The notes: a model not told the origin generated them from the sequence alone. A DNA stretch of 57,852 nucleotides from Octopus bimaculoides (GCF_001194135.2 NC_068981.1:26215391-26273242), one strand, 5' to 3'; shown: positions 12,241 through 26,449, counted from the first letter of the stretch. Translations and numbers: made by a program.

Positions 12241-12766
12241 TGATATTTTACATATACACAAAGCTAGATATTTGGTGGAAGGAATTTGTAAATTACATCA
12301 ACCTCCTTAGGGCACTTTATCTTATCGAAACTGAAAGGATGATAGGCAATGATGATGGTGTTCGGGAATATGATGATACTGATAATGATGGTAATGATGA
12401 CGAAGATAATGTTGGTGATGACGATGATATTAATGAAGATCTTCATCATGATAATGATGCTAAAATGAATCCTAGATCTATTTTTGACGTGGTTAAAATT
12501 GTACTGAAACTGGATCTCACAATATCTGTAATGTCCTTATAGTACAGCGTTTACGATAACACATGAGCATAAAGACCCTCTCTGTGGGATTGGAACAAAC
12601 AGTATTTACTCAACAATAAAAACTTTAGTACGAGCTAATTTTGCATAAGGCTACAACACACGCGCATGATAAACACAAAAACAAAACAGAGACAAAAATA
12701 CGCAGAAAGCCCAAACCTTAGAACTGCTGTGAAATATATATTGTACATATTACAAATTAGACTTAC

Positions 12767-12785
12767 CGTGGCAGTAAACCTACGA
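12767..12785 (-). other. Candidate microexon (13 or 19 nt)
   Basis: TTTATGTTTTTATTCTGCTAG TCGTAG GTTTACTGCCACG|GTAAGT. Confidence 0.2.
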
Positions 12786-12922
12786 CTAGCAGAATAAAAA
12801 CATAAAGATATTAGGGAAACAGTTCAAAGGAACCTGTATGCACCTGTTACGCTTTTTGAAGTTACGATTTATTAACCATCTCTTGTTTTGGTATATGTAT
12901 TCAGATATATACATATACATAC

Positions 12923-12970
<48 letters not shown>

Positions 12971-14299
12971 TTGTTTTGCAAGATTTTTTATGTGAAATCG
13001 TGTGTTGAAACAGATGTTGTTGTACTTGGGGATGGTCATATTGCCAGTTTAGCCAATAAAAACACACGCACTGTATATTTGGTGTTAATTTTTTTTTTTT
13101 TCAGCTTTATATTACATTAATCTTAATCTGGCCGAAATAAGATTAAGATTAAGATTAANNNNNNNNNNNNNNNNNNNNNNNNNNNNNNNNNNNNNNNNNN
13201 NNNNNNNNNNNNNNNNNNNNNNNNNNNNNNNNNNNNNNNNNNNNNNNNNNNNNNNNNNNNNNNNNNNNNNNNNNNNNNNNNNNNNNNNNNNNNNNNNNNN
13301 NNNNNNNNNNNNNNNNNNNNNNNNNNNNNNNNNNNNNNNNNNNNNNNNNNNNNNNNNNNNNNNNNNNNNNNNNNNNNNNNNNNNNNNNNNNNNNNNNNNN
13401 NNNNNNNNNNNNNNNNNNNNNNNNNNNNNNNNNNNNNNNNNNNNNNNNNNNNNNNNNNNNNNNNNNNNNNNNNNNNNNNNNNNNNNNNNNNNNNNNNNNN
13501 NNNNNNNNNNNNNNNNNNNNNNNNNNNNNNNNNNNNNNNNNNNNNNNNNNNNNNNNNNNNNNNNNNNNNNNNNNNNNNNNNNNNNNNNNNNNNNNNNNNN
13601 NNNNNNNNNNNNNNNNNNNNNNNNNNNNNNNNNNNNNNNNNNNNNNNNNNNNNNNNNNNNNNNNNNNNNNNNNNNNNNNNNNNNNNNNNNNNNNNNNTAT
13701 ATATATATATATATGATTTAGTTAAATTGAATACCGATTACATATTTACACGATTTAAAAAGTAAATTATGTTAACCCTGACTCCACCTCACACAGATTA
13801 TACAACATTCATTCATATATCATAGAGTTTGACAATATGAAAGGGAATAAAAACAGTGGGTAGTGAGTTGGGGTGGAATTCGTCCTCCTGTTATCGTTTT
13901 CTCTTTCGTTATCTGTTTCTCGACCATAGCACATCTCACTCGCATGCAATCTCTTACTCCTTTACTTCTATCCCATCTCATAGGATTCTTCACTATCTCC
14001 TTCCATTTCTCTTTCTCTATCTCTCACTCTCTTTTTCTTTCTCTCTCTCTCTCCTTCATTTAACTCTACTTTGTATTAGCACTGTCGGCTTTATGTAAAA
14101 ATGTAAACATATGGAAATAAAAGCATTACGTGAGAATTATACGGAAAAACATAAAATTTGAGTAAATATGTGGTTATATGCCTTTTCATGTTTACACACA
14201 TGTAATCTATATGGATGTGTATTTACAAAAAATCATTTATGTTATTGAATATTATGAAAAGTGTATATTCGATTTGTATATATTTCTATTTACACACAC

Positions 14300-14668
14300 A
14301 CACACGTTTGCATTTCTAATATATATGCGTATATATATATATGTATGTGTGTGTATGTGTATGTGTGTGTGTGTGTTTGAGTGTGTGAGTGTGTATGTAT
14401 GCGTATGCATGAAATATATATATATATATATATATCTATATATATATCTATATATATATATATATATATTATATATATGCACATACGTACATATATGTGT
14501 ATGTATATATATGTAAATACGTAGACACATACGCACACATGCATATATAAATATATATGCATATGTATGCACACATATACATACACACACACCATTCACA
14601 CAAACATAGATGCAAACACGACGCACACACATTATTCATGAATACATACATAATACAGATATACGTAC

Positions 14669-14705
<37 letters not shown>

Positions 14706-14915
14706 GAAAAGAGAGTATCAGAAAGAAAGATATATATATCGGGAGAGAGGGGGAGAGAGAGAGAGAGGGAGAGAGAGAGAGAGGGAGAGAGAGTTAGAGG
14801 GAGAGAGAGAGATGGAGAAAGAGAGGAAAAAGTAAAGAGAGAGATAGAGAGAGAGAGAGAGTGAGAGAGAGAGTGAGAGAGAGAGAGAGTGAGAGAGAGA
14901 GAGTGAGAGAGAGAG

Positions 14916-14994
<79 letters not shown>

Positions 14995-15000
14995 GCATGT
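14300..15000. repeat. Compound microsatellite field (TA/TG/GA); a similar field lies at 32980-33530
   Basis: Successive dinucleotide tracts. Many shorter (TA)n, (GA)n, (CA)n, (GATA)n, (TATG)n, (CTA)n and (AAT)n runs occur across the window and flank most N gaps. Confidence 0.95.
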
Positions 15001-15654
15001 GAGCACGTATATGACTATACAAAAGCGAGCGGGTTACTGCTCATATCGATATATTGCAAAATAGAAAGACAACAACATTGTTTGTTAGGAGAAACATACA
15101 ATAACAGTGTCCATGCTTTTCCTTACAAACATTAATTCATCTCTGTCTTTTCTTAAGGAAATTAAGGGTGTCAAAAACACCATCCCACCCGTCTCCTCGC
15201 CATTCTAACTCTATTACTTTGATTGTTATCGATTGCCCTTGTGGCTAAATGAAGACATCGATATTTTATTATCATCATTATTGATTTCATTGCTATAGTT
15301 TGTAATATTGTTTCAACTGCGTTATATTTCTCTGTTTGGCCGTTAGCAATTGCGTTTTATTTGTTTGTTTGTTTCTTGTTTTCATTTTAATATATTTGAT
15401 TTGCTTATGCTTTTTTATTGCAATATATGACGTGTGATATTGTATTAATTTAAATATTATTATTATTGTTGTTGATAATGTTTTATTTTTGTTATTGCTA
15501 AAGTGTCGAGCAAAACATTCCTGAGTTACATTTCTCTAAAGTCCTCTAGTCCTGAGTTCAAATTCCGTCGCATCACCTTTGTCTTTTATCCTTTAATATC
15601 AGCGAAATACGAATCCCTTCCCATCAAAATCGCTGCCCTGAGAAGCTATCATTA

Positions 15655-16720
15655 TTGCCATTGTTGTTGTTGTTGTTGTTGTTGTTGTGTTGGTGGTTAA
15701 TGTTGTTATTATCGTTATTTGTGCCTTTGCTTTATCTCAGGTCAACTCTAACTGCGCTGACCTATAATTAAAAGTGTTTAAGCCAGCATCATTCAATATT
15801 TTCATTGGAATCTCTGTACAAGGTAACCTCTCTTGACATTGGGGGACGCTACTTACACGTAGGTTTTAATTTGAGATAGATTGAGATACTATTTCTTGTA
15901 AGAAACCCCTGACGTGGAGGCTTCGTCCTATGTTAACTCAGTCAGAGGTTTTAGTGCTTACTTTTGTATATTTACTGTTTATTCAGGAAAGCCAGTGTAC
16001 ATGATTCTGGCGGGCTCATACAGACTGATAAAACGGAACCAGTTACGATTCCTTTTCAACAGATGCAAGTAAAAATTGCTGCTGGGAAACATATACTGAG
16101 GGGAGACTTTCTGACGCCGACATACTGTGAAAGAAGGGACTGAGTGTAGTGACAACTATGCAGCCAGGTAAGATTGAAAACAATATAGAGTACGAGGAGA
16201 GAGAAACGCATTGAGTGAAGGTAGTACACAATTGAGTGCTTGAGTGAAGGTAGTACACAATCAGCCTGCTCCGAAGAACAGGAACTACTGTAGTGATAGT
16301 AAATGGGACAGAGAGTGTCTGTAGGTCAAATATAGGTTCATGCTGATGAGCAATTTTATACTAATAAGTCAAATGGCCTTGCTCTGCATTTCTGTGTATT
16401 TAATAGCATCGCCTCTAATGTTGGAGTAGCACTCCATTGTAGGACAACGCGCTGTTAGATATAATTGTGTAGTATCTTAGGGTTTTGACGAAGTCTTGAA
16501 CTTTGGCAGGGTATCTTTACTCTATAAAGAAGTTGTTTTCTTAATGATATTCTTGTTTGTTTTCTGACTTTCTGCTGTGAGAAAACAGATTTCTAATCAA
16601 GACTATTGTAACCGTAGCCACTTTGTCTTTTTGTATACCTAGGACTATAAAGTTGAACAAGTGCTTTCTGTTTTATGGTGGTACAGTGTGATTTGAAGTA
16701 AACTAATTTATTTCTAGCAA
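15655..16720 (-). mobile_element. L2/CR1-group LINE 3' end with 3' UTR and (AAC)n tail
   Basis: RCPTMECYSNIRGDA..QSKAI*LIS (cf. RPxMEYCSHIWG..QxKAIRLI), and a SFFxRxxxLWNSLP-like segment near 16090-16140. (TTG)n at 15660-15690 is the tail. A 22-nt internal duplication lies at 16211-16232 and 16240-16261. Confidence 0.65.
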
Positions 16721-18384
16721 GTAAAACATCGATGAATTTCCCTCACTGCCTTAAAAAATTGTTATCGATATATTTTGACAAAATGCATTTGAATAATGGG
16801 CTCCCTGAGTTCTCGTCCAGAATTTAAAATCCTTCTGAGAACAGCGTCAATTATGGTGTGATGATGATGATGATGATGACGACGACGACGATGGCAATGA
16901 AGTATTCCTTGAAGTAACAAGTGTAGCACAAGTGATAAGGGTGTCTATTTAAAAGGTTCGTTTACTTCCAAACGATACAGGTCTTGTGCTTATATTAGCA
17001 ATTATTTGTTGTTGATGATGGTGATGATGACACTAACGGTAATGTTGATGGTAGTGGTGATGATTACGATGATGATGATAAAAAGAAGGACGGTGATGAT
17101 GACAACGACAACGATGATGACGATTACGCGGAAATGTCTTGCGATACTTAGTTACCTCACATTACAATCTGCTAAGAACCAATCTTCCTTTGATGTCAGC
17201 TTTAACTTTCATCATTCTTGGGACATGAGTTGGGTCGATAAAACTTAACACCAGCCAACTGTTCTGGGGAAGAAGTAGAAATAAAATGTGGGTATCTGTT
17301 TGAAGTATTGGACAACCTACCTTCTCTTGGTTCATCTATTAAAGTTTGGTGTCGGACACTTTGTTGCTGTAGCATTACCGAATGAGGATGAAGTTCGCTT
17401 CGCAATCACCGGGTTCTGACTTTGATCCCACTGAGTGCCATTTTAGGAAAATGCGTTTTATCAATAACCTCGAGCTGACCCAGGACTTGTGGGTGTAATT
17501 CCGTTGATGAAAAGGCCGTCGGACTCATTGTACCATTAATTCAGAAGTTTACTATTGCTATCCTGCTTTAAAATTACTTTGTAGAAAACTCAAATCTTTC
17601 ATTAACAACTAATTCAATGAATAATTAACTAAGTAGATAGAACACCTAAACGATCATCTTCGAAAGTGACTGAACTCCATTCAGCTCTTTTCTTGTTGTT
17701 TGCTGTCATCTTCGTTGAATAAATGAAAATGCTGGGGTTCCGATGATTAGGTCTGTACAGGATAGCCGAAGAGATTTTATTTGTTGTTGCTTTGTATGGT
17801 TTATTTAAGAAGTGGGAGGGGACAGTACTTCTATGACCTTCACGGGACCTCCGAGACACGTGAGATCGATACAGTTTATGCTCATGTTTCAACTACTACA
17901 AGTCTGCCTGAAAAACGTGGCTGAAGGCATCTGTCCTAACGAAGGAACATCAGATACGCAGTCGCTAGTCATACTAAGAATAGCAACTGTGTTAATTCAA
18001 ATCGTAAAATACAGTCTTAGGAAACACAGAATACCATGACAATCAAAACACAAAGACAAAAATGACAAGAGGTTGGAACGTTACTTATAAGTTTGTACAA
18101 TTTAGTCAGAGCTGACCCTAGGACGAGGAGGGGTTTCTAACGAAGAGATGGAAGTCACGTATTACAATGAGTGAATGACCTGATTACTGCGGCACATCGA
18201 TGCTTGCACACCGTACGGGTGACAAAATAGGGAGAGAAGCTAGTGCTTCATGTGCTGTGACGCATGGTATGCACTTAGCTAATTTAGACAAGCAGACGCC
18301 GTTGTTGTAGTAACAGGAGAGCAGAGAAAGGAAGTGACGGCTCTTTATGTCAAAGCTCTCGTATCATATGCATCAATATTAAAT

Positions 18385-18815
18385 CTCCGTAAGGTGACGA
18401 GCTGGCAGAATCGTCAGCACGTCGGGGAAAATGCTTAACGGTATTTATTCCTACGTTGTGAGATCAAATGCAGCCAGGGTCGGCATTGTCTTTTATTCAT
18501 TCTGAGTCGATAAAATAAAGTACTTGTCCAGCACTGGAGTCGATATAGACGACTAGCCCACTCTGAAAATTTCAGGTTTTGCGTCTATCGTAGAAAACCG
18601 TTATAGGCGGTGAGCAGGCAGAATCGTTAGTACGCCGGGGAAAAATACTGAACGGCGTTTGTTCTGACTTTACATTCTGAGTTCAAATGCCACCAACGCC
18701 GACTTTTCCCTTCGGGATCGATAAAATTCGTACCAGTTGAACACTAGGGTCCATGTAATCGACTTACTCCCTCCCGCAAAATTGCTGGCCTTCCGCCAAA
18801 ATTTGAAACCAATAT
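18385..18815 (+). mobile_element. Two head-to-tail SINE family B copies
   Basis: GAGCTGGCAGAATCGTCAGCAC at about 18398 and GGCGGTGAGCAGGCAGAATCGTTAG at about 18606, each with B box and core. Confidence 0.8.
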
Positions 18816-19211
18816 TAAGTCCACGTTAACTCTCACGTCCAACACATGGTATTCAATACCAGGAGGTGAGTATGTTCTTGCATAGAACAACAACACTTCA
18901 CTGCGTTAGGATTCTGTTAACATAACGAAATAAATTTGACCTTTGTGACACGCAGTTATACACACACTCACACACACACACACAAATTGACTAACAAACG
19001 CATAGGCTCAGTAGCACATACACACGCACGTACACAGACTCAGATACACACAAACATACAAAATTTCTTATACATAGCGACGGAAGTTCTTAAAAAGCTC
19101 GTGGGTATTGCTCTTTTACCTCAAACAAAGACAAAGAAAACAGCAAAAAATTAAACGCGCACATAGTACATGATGCACATAAACAAACATAATCACACTG
19201 AATATATATAT

Positions 19212-19313
<102 letters not shown>

Positions 19314-19589
19314 GGATAGATAGATAGATAGATAGATAGATGCAGATATGTATCAATATGATTAAACAGACGTAATCACTAAGTGATATGAATATATAGA
19401 AACATGAGGTACAACGTGTCATTAGACTCATTCTTCGTAATATTGTTGACGTTTTTCATCCTGTTTAGTCACAGGCCAACCCTCATTTAGTACACGGAAA
19501 ACCAAAGACATTCCATTCCTGACCAACCCGTCATTAATTTCCAAGGCATAGTGTGTCTTAGCCTACATTATCCAAATATAACCTTCCTT

Positions 19590-19620
<31 letters not shown>

Positions 19621-20097
19621 ACGTACGATTTGACGAGGATTTAGGAGCTATTTCTGAAAAGGTCGATCGACCAGACAGACAAAATCTATTAATATATAAA
19701 TATTCCAAGTCAACGTGTTTGGGCGCGCGCGCGCGTCTGTGTGTAGAAATATAATCATCGACTATTATTAAATATTAAACTAACAGCTGATGGACTTTCA
19801 ATTCAAAATCTCTGCTGACATTTCGTCACTAAAGATTTTGAAGAAAACTTTTATTCCTAAGCATCTCGGGTCATGCTGATTTGAGACGAACAGACATTTT
19901 CAGTATGCTCTTTGATCACCATCGCTTTAATCTTAATCATATAAATCAAAGACACGATTCAACTTTTAAAATCTTCTAAGCAATATGTCTTGAACTTGAG
20001 TGATTATATAAGTGTGTGTGTATGTGTTTGCGTGTGTGTGTGTGAGTACACACAAATACATGCCTATCTATATATACGTATATAGGCACACACATTA

Positions 20098-20166
<69 letters not shown>

Positions 20167-20629
20167 NNNNNNNNNNTGCTCCATCATGGATGCAGTCTAA
20201 TTACTGAAACAAGTAAAACATAAAAGATATATATATATATACACACAATATAAATATTCATGTGTGTGTATGCATACATACGTATATATATGTGTATCGA
20301 TACGTATGTAGATATTTGTATACGTATAAATGTACATCATATATATATATATATATATATATACACGTGTGTATGTGTGTGTGTGTACTTTCTCTGAATG
20401 TATAAATATATAAGTATGTTTGCATATGAGAGACTACATCAAAACATAAACAATGAAGGATCTGCATGATAACTATTCTTGCATGTAGACAGTAAAGACC
20501 GGGGTGAAACTTCGTCGACACGGTCAGTAAAGTATGAAAAATACCGGACTTCATATTTCCATATAAATACATCTCATATACATATATATATATATATTAT
20601 ATATTTGTGAGTTTGTGCATGTTTGTATG

Positions 20630-20672
<43 letters not shown>

Positions 20673-20825
20673 NNNNNNNNNNNNNNNNNNNNNNNNNNNN
20701 NNNNNNNNNNNNNNNNNNNNNNNNNNNNNNNNNNNNNNNNNNNNNNNNNNNNNNNNNNNNNNNNNNNNNNNNNNNNNNNNNNNNNNNNNNNNNNNNNNNN
20801 NNNNNNNNNNNNNNNNNNNNNNNNN

Positions 20826-20876
<51 letters not shown>

Positions 20877-21384
20877 CATGCAAGTACGCACCTGTGAAGA
20901 AGAGAAACAGAAAATAGACAAAAGATATGGAAACAATAAAATCCTGGAAGAAAACATATAAAGTAAAGTTACATACCTGTAATAAATCTGACCATCACAA
21001 CACGTAAAGAAGAAGACGGCAGTTATATTAAGACGTGTACTTATCAACACTTGTATATATAACTAGTTTTCCCTTCTCTCTTCCTTGCAATTCCTCCTCT
21101 TTCTCACCCTCACGCTATTCTTTCTTTCCTCTTTTTTTTTGTTTTTGTTTTTTTTCTCTTTTTCTTTCTTTTTAACTTCCGTCTGTTTTCTGGGCACACA
21201 TTATTAATATCATTATTTTGTTTTTCTTTTGGGAATTTTTGTAGCTTTTATTTTTCATTTATTTTTTTTAATATCATTTTTTCTATCCATCCGTAACTTT
21301 TCCTCTATATTGTATTTTTGTGTAGTTATTTTATTTACTGTTATCGTTATAGTTATTATTAGTGTTATTTTGTCGAAGTAGACA

Positions 21385-21560
21385 CCCAGGTCAGCCCTCC
21401 TAATTGATCAGACCTACGACCCAAGCCGTTCCATCAGTGATCATCACGCCCTTTCGTGTACCGACGAGAACATCATCCAATGCATTTCCTTCCTATATAT
21501 TAAGACGAGTAAGGTGTGATTTGAGGGAAATTTCGGCTGTTACTTCTAACAACTTCAGCG
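21385..21560 (-). mobile_element. Short interspersed repeat E (other copies near 19470-19680, 31360-31480, 36455-36610)
   Basis: Recurrent GTGTGATTTGAGGGA..TTCTAAC motif and a CAGGTCA..GACCTA terminal motif. Confidence 0.55.
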
Positions 21561-21870
21561 ATCGTAATAAGCAAGAAGTTACCCTGTTAACTCGTTGGCA
21601 ATATCGATTTCGTTTATCGATCTGTTATTCTTGGTGTTATTGTTGCTGATGTTATTATTGTTGTTACTGACGTTGTTACAGTCGCCGTGTGTTTTTCACG
21701 TTTCTCATACTGATGACAGTTAGCTGCGAGACAAGCAGGCGAGCTGTTTTCCTTCACAATATCACTTGTTAACCGTTAGTATTTTTGTTGTTGATGTTGA
21801 TGTTATGACTTCTCTTCTCTTTCATTTCAGACTTTCTTATTTATTTTCCTTTTCTCTCTCTCTCTCTCTC

Positions 21871-22087
21871 TTTACTCATTACTCTTTTACTCTTTTACTT
21901 GTTTCTGTCATTTGACTGCGGCCATGCTGGAGCACCGCCTTTAGTCAAGCAAATCGACCCCAGGACTTATTCGTTGTAAGCCTAGTACTTATTCTAACGG
22001 TCTCTTCTATCGTCCCCGAACCGCTAAGTTACAGGGACGTAAACACACCAGCATCGTTTGTCAAGCGATGTTGGGGGGACAGACACT

Positions 22088-22135
<48 letters not shown>

Positions 22136-22308
22136 CATATATATACGACGGGCTTCTTTCAGTTTCCGTCTACCAAATCCACTCACAAGGCTTTGGTCGG
22201 CCCGAGGCTATAGTAGAAGACATATGCCAAAGGTGCCACGCAGTGGGACTGAACCCGGAACCATGTGGTTGGTAAGCAAACTACTTACCACACAGACACT
22301 CCTGCGCC
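21871..22308 (-). mobile_element. SINE family A, young full-length copy
   Basis: On the minus strand: head with A box TGTCTGTGTGG and B box GGGTTCAGTCC, central (CA)n(TA)n, body, and tail with (GTAAAAGA)n. Confidence 0.9.
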
Positions 22309-22850
22309 TCTCTGTTTATTTTTCTTTTATTTTCGGTCTATCTTTCATCCCGTATCTTTAAAAAGATAAATATCTCATTACGTTATATTTATAGTGAAAC
22401 GCGTGTATATTTACATATTGAAACTTTTATCTCGATAGCTTCATGTAAATGTTATTATTATTTTTTTTTTTTTTTTTATCAATCAATTATAATCTATAAG
22501 TTAATGAAAGTATATCAAATAGCACCTGTACATATGTTGATATCAGAGCCGAACGGACGGAGGAATGTCTCGCTGCATCGATGTTTGTTTTGTTTTGCTC
22601 CGTTAGAATGGTTTATATATATGTATTTATATATATGTGTGTGTGAGTGTGTGTGCATGTATATATATGTATGTATTATTTATGTATGTATGCATATATG
22701 TATGTACGTATGTATGTATAATTAAGTTCTCTGTATAAGTGAATACTTTCTTCCTTCCCGTTCTTTCTCTCCACTCTCCCACTCCCTCACCCTCTATATT
22801 ACTGCCTCTTTCCGTCTCTCTCTCCCCTTCTCTCTCCCTTTCCCACTTTG

Positions 22851-22890
<40 letters not shown>

Positions 22891-23976
22891 CTTTCTCTCT
22901 TTCTCTTTATCTGTTGCAATATTTAGTATTGTGTCAAATCTAATTACGCAGACCAATAATTCAAAAGTCTTCCAACCGTGGCCAACTCGTTTTATTTACA
23001 GAAATAATATATCCAAGAGGCAACAAGGTGTCCTTAAAAGAAAAGAAGAAGAAAAAAAAACGGAAAGAAAAATGATTGCAGAGTATAATATCAGGGTACT
23101 TTGACTGCTGTTTTCAGCCAATCTGTCCATCACGTAGACAGCTCACGCATGTGTTCTTGTATGGGATGTGCTCGCGTGTCTTTAATGATAAACATACGAT
23201 AAGATCATTAAGATAACAAAATACAAAACACTACCCAGGTACATAAAGATATAGATCGATGGGTAGACCGTTAGATACACATAATGAGAGCATGCTAAAG
23301 ATTTATATACATGCGCTTATATGTGTGTGCGTGGGTATGTATACATGTGTCTGTCTGTGTGTGTGTGTGTACGTTGTATATAGTGTGAGGGATAAAAGAA
23401 TCATCAGCTGGATTGACGGATAGACAGATAGAAAATAAATAGCCGAGTGTTGTCTAATAAAGTCAAACTGTCTAATTCTAACAGAAGTGTGTTTGGTATG
23501 GACCTCACGTTCCTGTATTTTTTTCCACATCAGCTTAGCTCTTTCCTTCTTTTTCTTTCTTAATTTCTTCACTTCTTTCCTTTGTTTTTTTTTTCTTTTC
23601 TTTTCGGTGTCTCTTTTTTTCTTTTCTTCTCTCTTTCCTACTTTCAAACAGGTAAATGAAAAGGCGGAGCACTTACGTAGTACACTNNNNNNNNNNNNNN
23701 NNNNNNNNNNNNNNNNNNNNNNNNNNNNNNNNNNNNNNNNNNNNNNNNNNNNNNNNNNNNNNNNNNNNNNNNNNNNNNNNNNNNNNNNNNNNNNNNNNNN
23801 NNNNNNNNNNNNNNNNNNNNNNNNNNNNNNNNNNNNNNNNNNNNNNNNNNNNNNNNNNNNNNNNNNNNNNNNNNNNNNNNNNNNNNNNNNNNNNNNNNNN
23901 NNNNNNNNNNNNNNNNNNNNNNNNNNNNNNNNNNNNNNNNNNNNNNNNNNNNNNNNNNNNNNNNNNNNNNNTATAT

Positions 23977-24046
<70 letters not shown>

Positions 24047-24804
24047 GGATGGACAGACGGACGGAGGAATAGAGGGATGGCTGACTGGCTAGATGAATCG
24101 ATGGATAGGTGGACTGAGAGAAGAATGGATGGGTTGATGGATGGATGGATGGATGGATGGATGGATGGATGGGAGGGTGGTGGATAGTTGTTCCAAATAT
24201 ACGTAGGATATCTAGTTCGCCAGAGCTTAAACAAAGATCTTTTGAATAATGATGAAATATACACAACTTGAAATATAACAAGTTGTTAATTATCTTCTAT
24301 TTCTTCTCACTCTATTTTCAAAAATGTGTCTTTCATCATTTTATCATCTCACTTTATTAATAAGCGTTATCTGTTGACAGCTCGACCGTGTTTACAAACG
24401 ATCCTTTGCAGTTCTGTCTGTTAACCAGTTCTATGAAGTATCGAAATTCTAAGATATATTCCTCGAGGTTTTGGTCTAAATAGCAGCATTTAAAATAAAC
24501 TACCAACAAAACTATCAATAACATCAACACGTGTAAATGGGTGTATACGTGTGTGAGTGTATACAATTGCCGCACGTATCCTGAGTTACTTCGAAGTCCC
24601 TGTCAATCAACTTATGATAAACACTAGACTTTTGAGTCTATTTATCAATAAATATTTCCTTTATATATTTTCACGTAACATCCCTGACATCAAATACACA
24701 TACACACAGACACAAGTATACACATTCACACACACACACACATTAAATAAATCGTTTTTCTTCTGTGGAAATCGAATCTGATACGATAAAGCTATAGATA
24801 ATGG

Positions 24805-25020
24805 TTTCAAGTCTTAGCACAAGACCAGCAATCCTAGGGGGGAGGAGTAAGTTGAATACATCGACCTCCGTACTCAACTGGTACTTATTTTATCGACCTC
24901 GAAAATATGAAAGGTAGAGTCGGCCTTGGTGAAATTTGAACTCGGAACGTAATGGGTGAAAAGATTTACTGTGAAGAATTTTGTGCGACATCCCAACGAT
25001 CTGTCAGATCGCCACCTTAA
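24805..25020 (-). mobile_element. SINE family B
   Basis: CAACTGGTACTTATTTTATCGAC..GAAATTTGAACTCGGAACGTAA..CGCCACCTT. Confidence 0.75.
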
Positions 25021-25186
25021 TAAAGTGTTGATAATAGCGAGTAAATAATACATTAAAAACTTCGGGTACCACCGGTATATATAAAAAAAAAAATCAAAAA
25101 AATCAAAAAAAAATCATAGTCCTCGAAGTTTCTGAATTCTTAAGACGTAAGCAAATAAGTATGTGTGTATGTGTGAGCGCGCGTGG

Positions 25187-25222
<36 letters not shown>

Positions 25223-25556
25223 ACACACGCACGCACACACGCGCACGCACACACGTACACGAGTGAATGTACAAACTAAAGAAAGGGCCACTCGATACAT
25301 TTAGTTGGTGTTACGTACCTTACGATTTAAAAACAGTCTGAATCGGCCCTACGCTAATTAAAGTTTCGGAAGCTCGTTGCATGAACTTAGCTCATCAGTA
25401 TGTAATTATATAGTCGAGTGCGTGTTTGTTTGCGTGTGTGCGTATGTATGCTTTATGTATGTATATATCTCTACGCATATGTTAAATGACTACAGTAATC
25501 TTTCGAATATCGCGGGTCAGGTAAACACATTGAGATGCATAAATCGTGAGATCACG

Positions 25557-25885
25557 CTTTTACTTGTTTCAGTCATTATACTGCGGCCATACTGGGGCAT
25601 CGCATTGAATTTTTACTCGAATGAATCGACCGCAGTACTTATTTTTTTAAACCTGGTACTTATTCTATCGGAGCATAAACACACCAACACCGGTTGTTAA
25701 CTGCTGATGGACACACATACACTTATACGACGGGCTTCTTTCAGTTCCCGTCTACTAAATCCACTCACAAGGATTTGGTCGGCCTCAGGCTATGGTAGAA
25801 GATACTTGCCCAAGGTGCCACGTAATGGGACTGAACCCAGAACCGTGTGGTTAGGAAGCAAGCTTCTTACCACACAATCACGCCT
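25557..25885 (-). mobile_element. SINE family A
   Basis: Tail, partly deleted body and head, matching 21871-22308. Confidence 0.85.
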
Positions 25886-26381
25886 AGTCACTATATAAAC
25901 CACTTCAAAATAATCATAACTTATCCAACTTAAATATCATTCTTAGTGCAGCTCTTATCGAGTATTCTCACCACTATGGTAAAAGCCATTTTTTCTCCGG
26001 TTGCACACACACGCTTTCTTTAATTTTCCCCGTGTAAATCTCGAGTATCAATTAGTTATGACTGCATATTATCTACACTCACAAAACTATGTTCTCTATA
26101 GGCTGAATGAAATGAAAATAGCCTAAAACAACCTATAAGTTGAGCAATTTAAAAGTTTATAACATGATAAAACCTTTATACCTTCTATGCTTATGGGGTA
26201 TATTAGAGATTCACAATTTCTCTTTCAATATATCACATTGAATACGCTCATCATCCCAAACAATTATCTAATTTATAGAGAACTCGTCGAGAATATATGA
26301 TTCTATTAGATATAGTAAAACGAGCCATTTGAGGTTCATGCGAGTTAATATTATATATATATATATAATGTAAGAGATAGG

Positions 26382-26449
<68 letters not shown>

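Noticed and set aside
12240-12542. Asp-rich ORF (also the Met/Thr-rich ORFs at 17006 and 37491)
   Set aside because: Products of degenerate (GAT)n and (GAC)n repeats.
17690-18370. Possible LTR-retrotransposon remnant (KWEG-like codons, GAGGAGGGG purine tract near 18125)
   Set aside because: No convincing integrase motif, TG..CA ends or second LTR; left unassigned.
21710-21745. CTGATGA-CAG-TTTAG-CTG-CGAGA, a hammerhead look-alike
   Set aside because: GAAA is altered, and there is no helix III, cleavage triplet or stem I.
23470-23660. Plus-strand splice-like signals (also the donor at 18867, the 11-nt segment at 50567-50577 and the acceptor at 51345)
   Set aside because: They form no consistent chain. 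Kept only as a warning that such motifs arise by chance in T-rich DNA.
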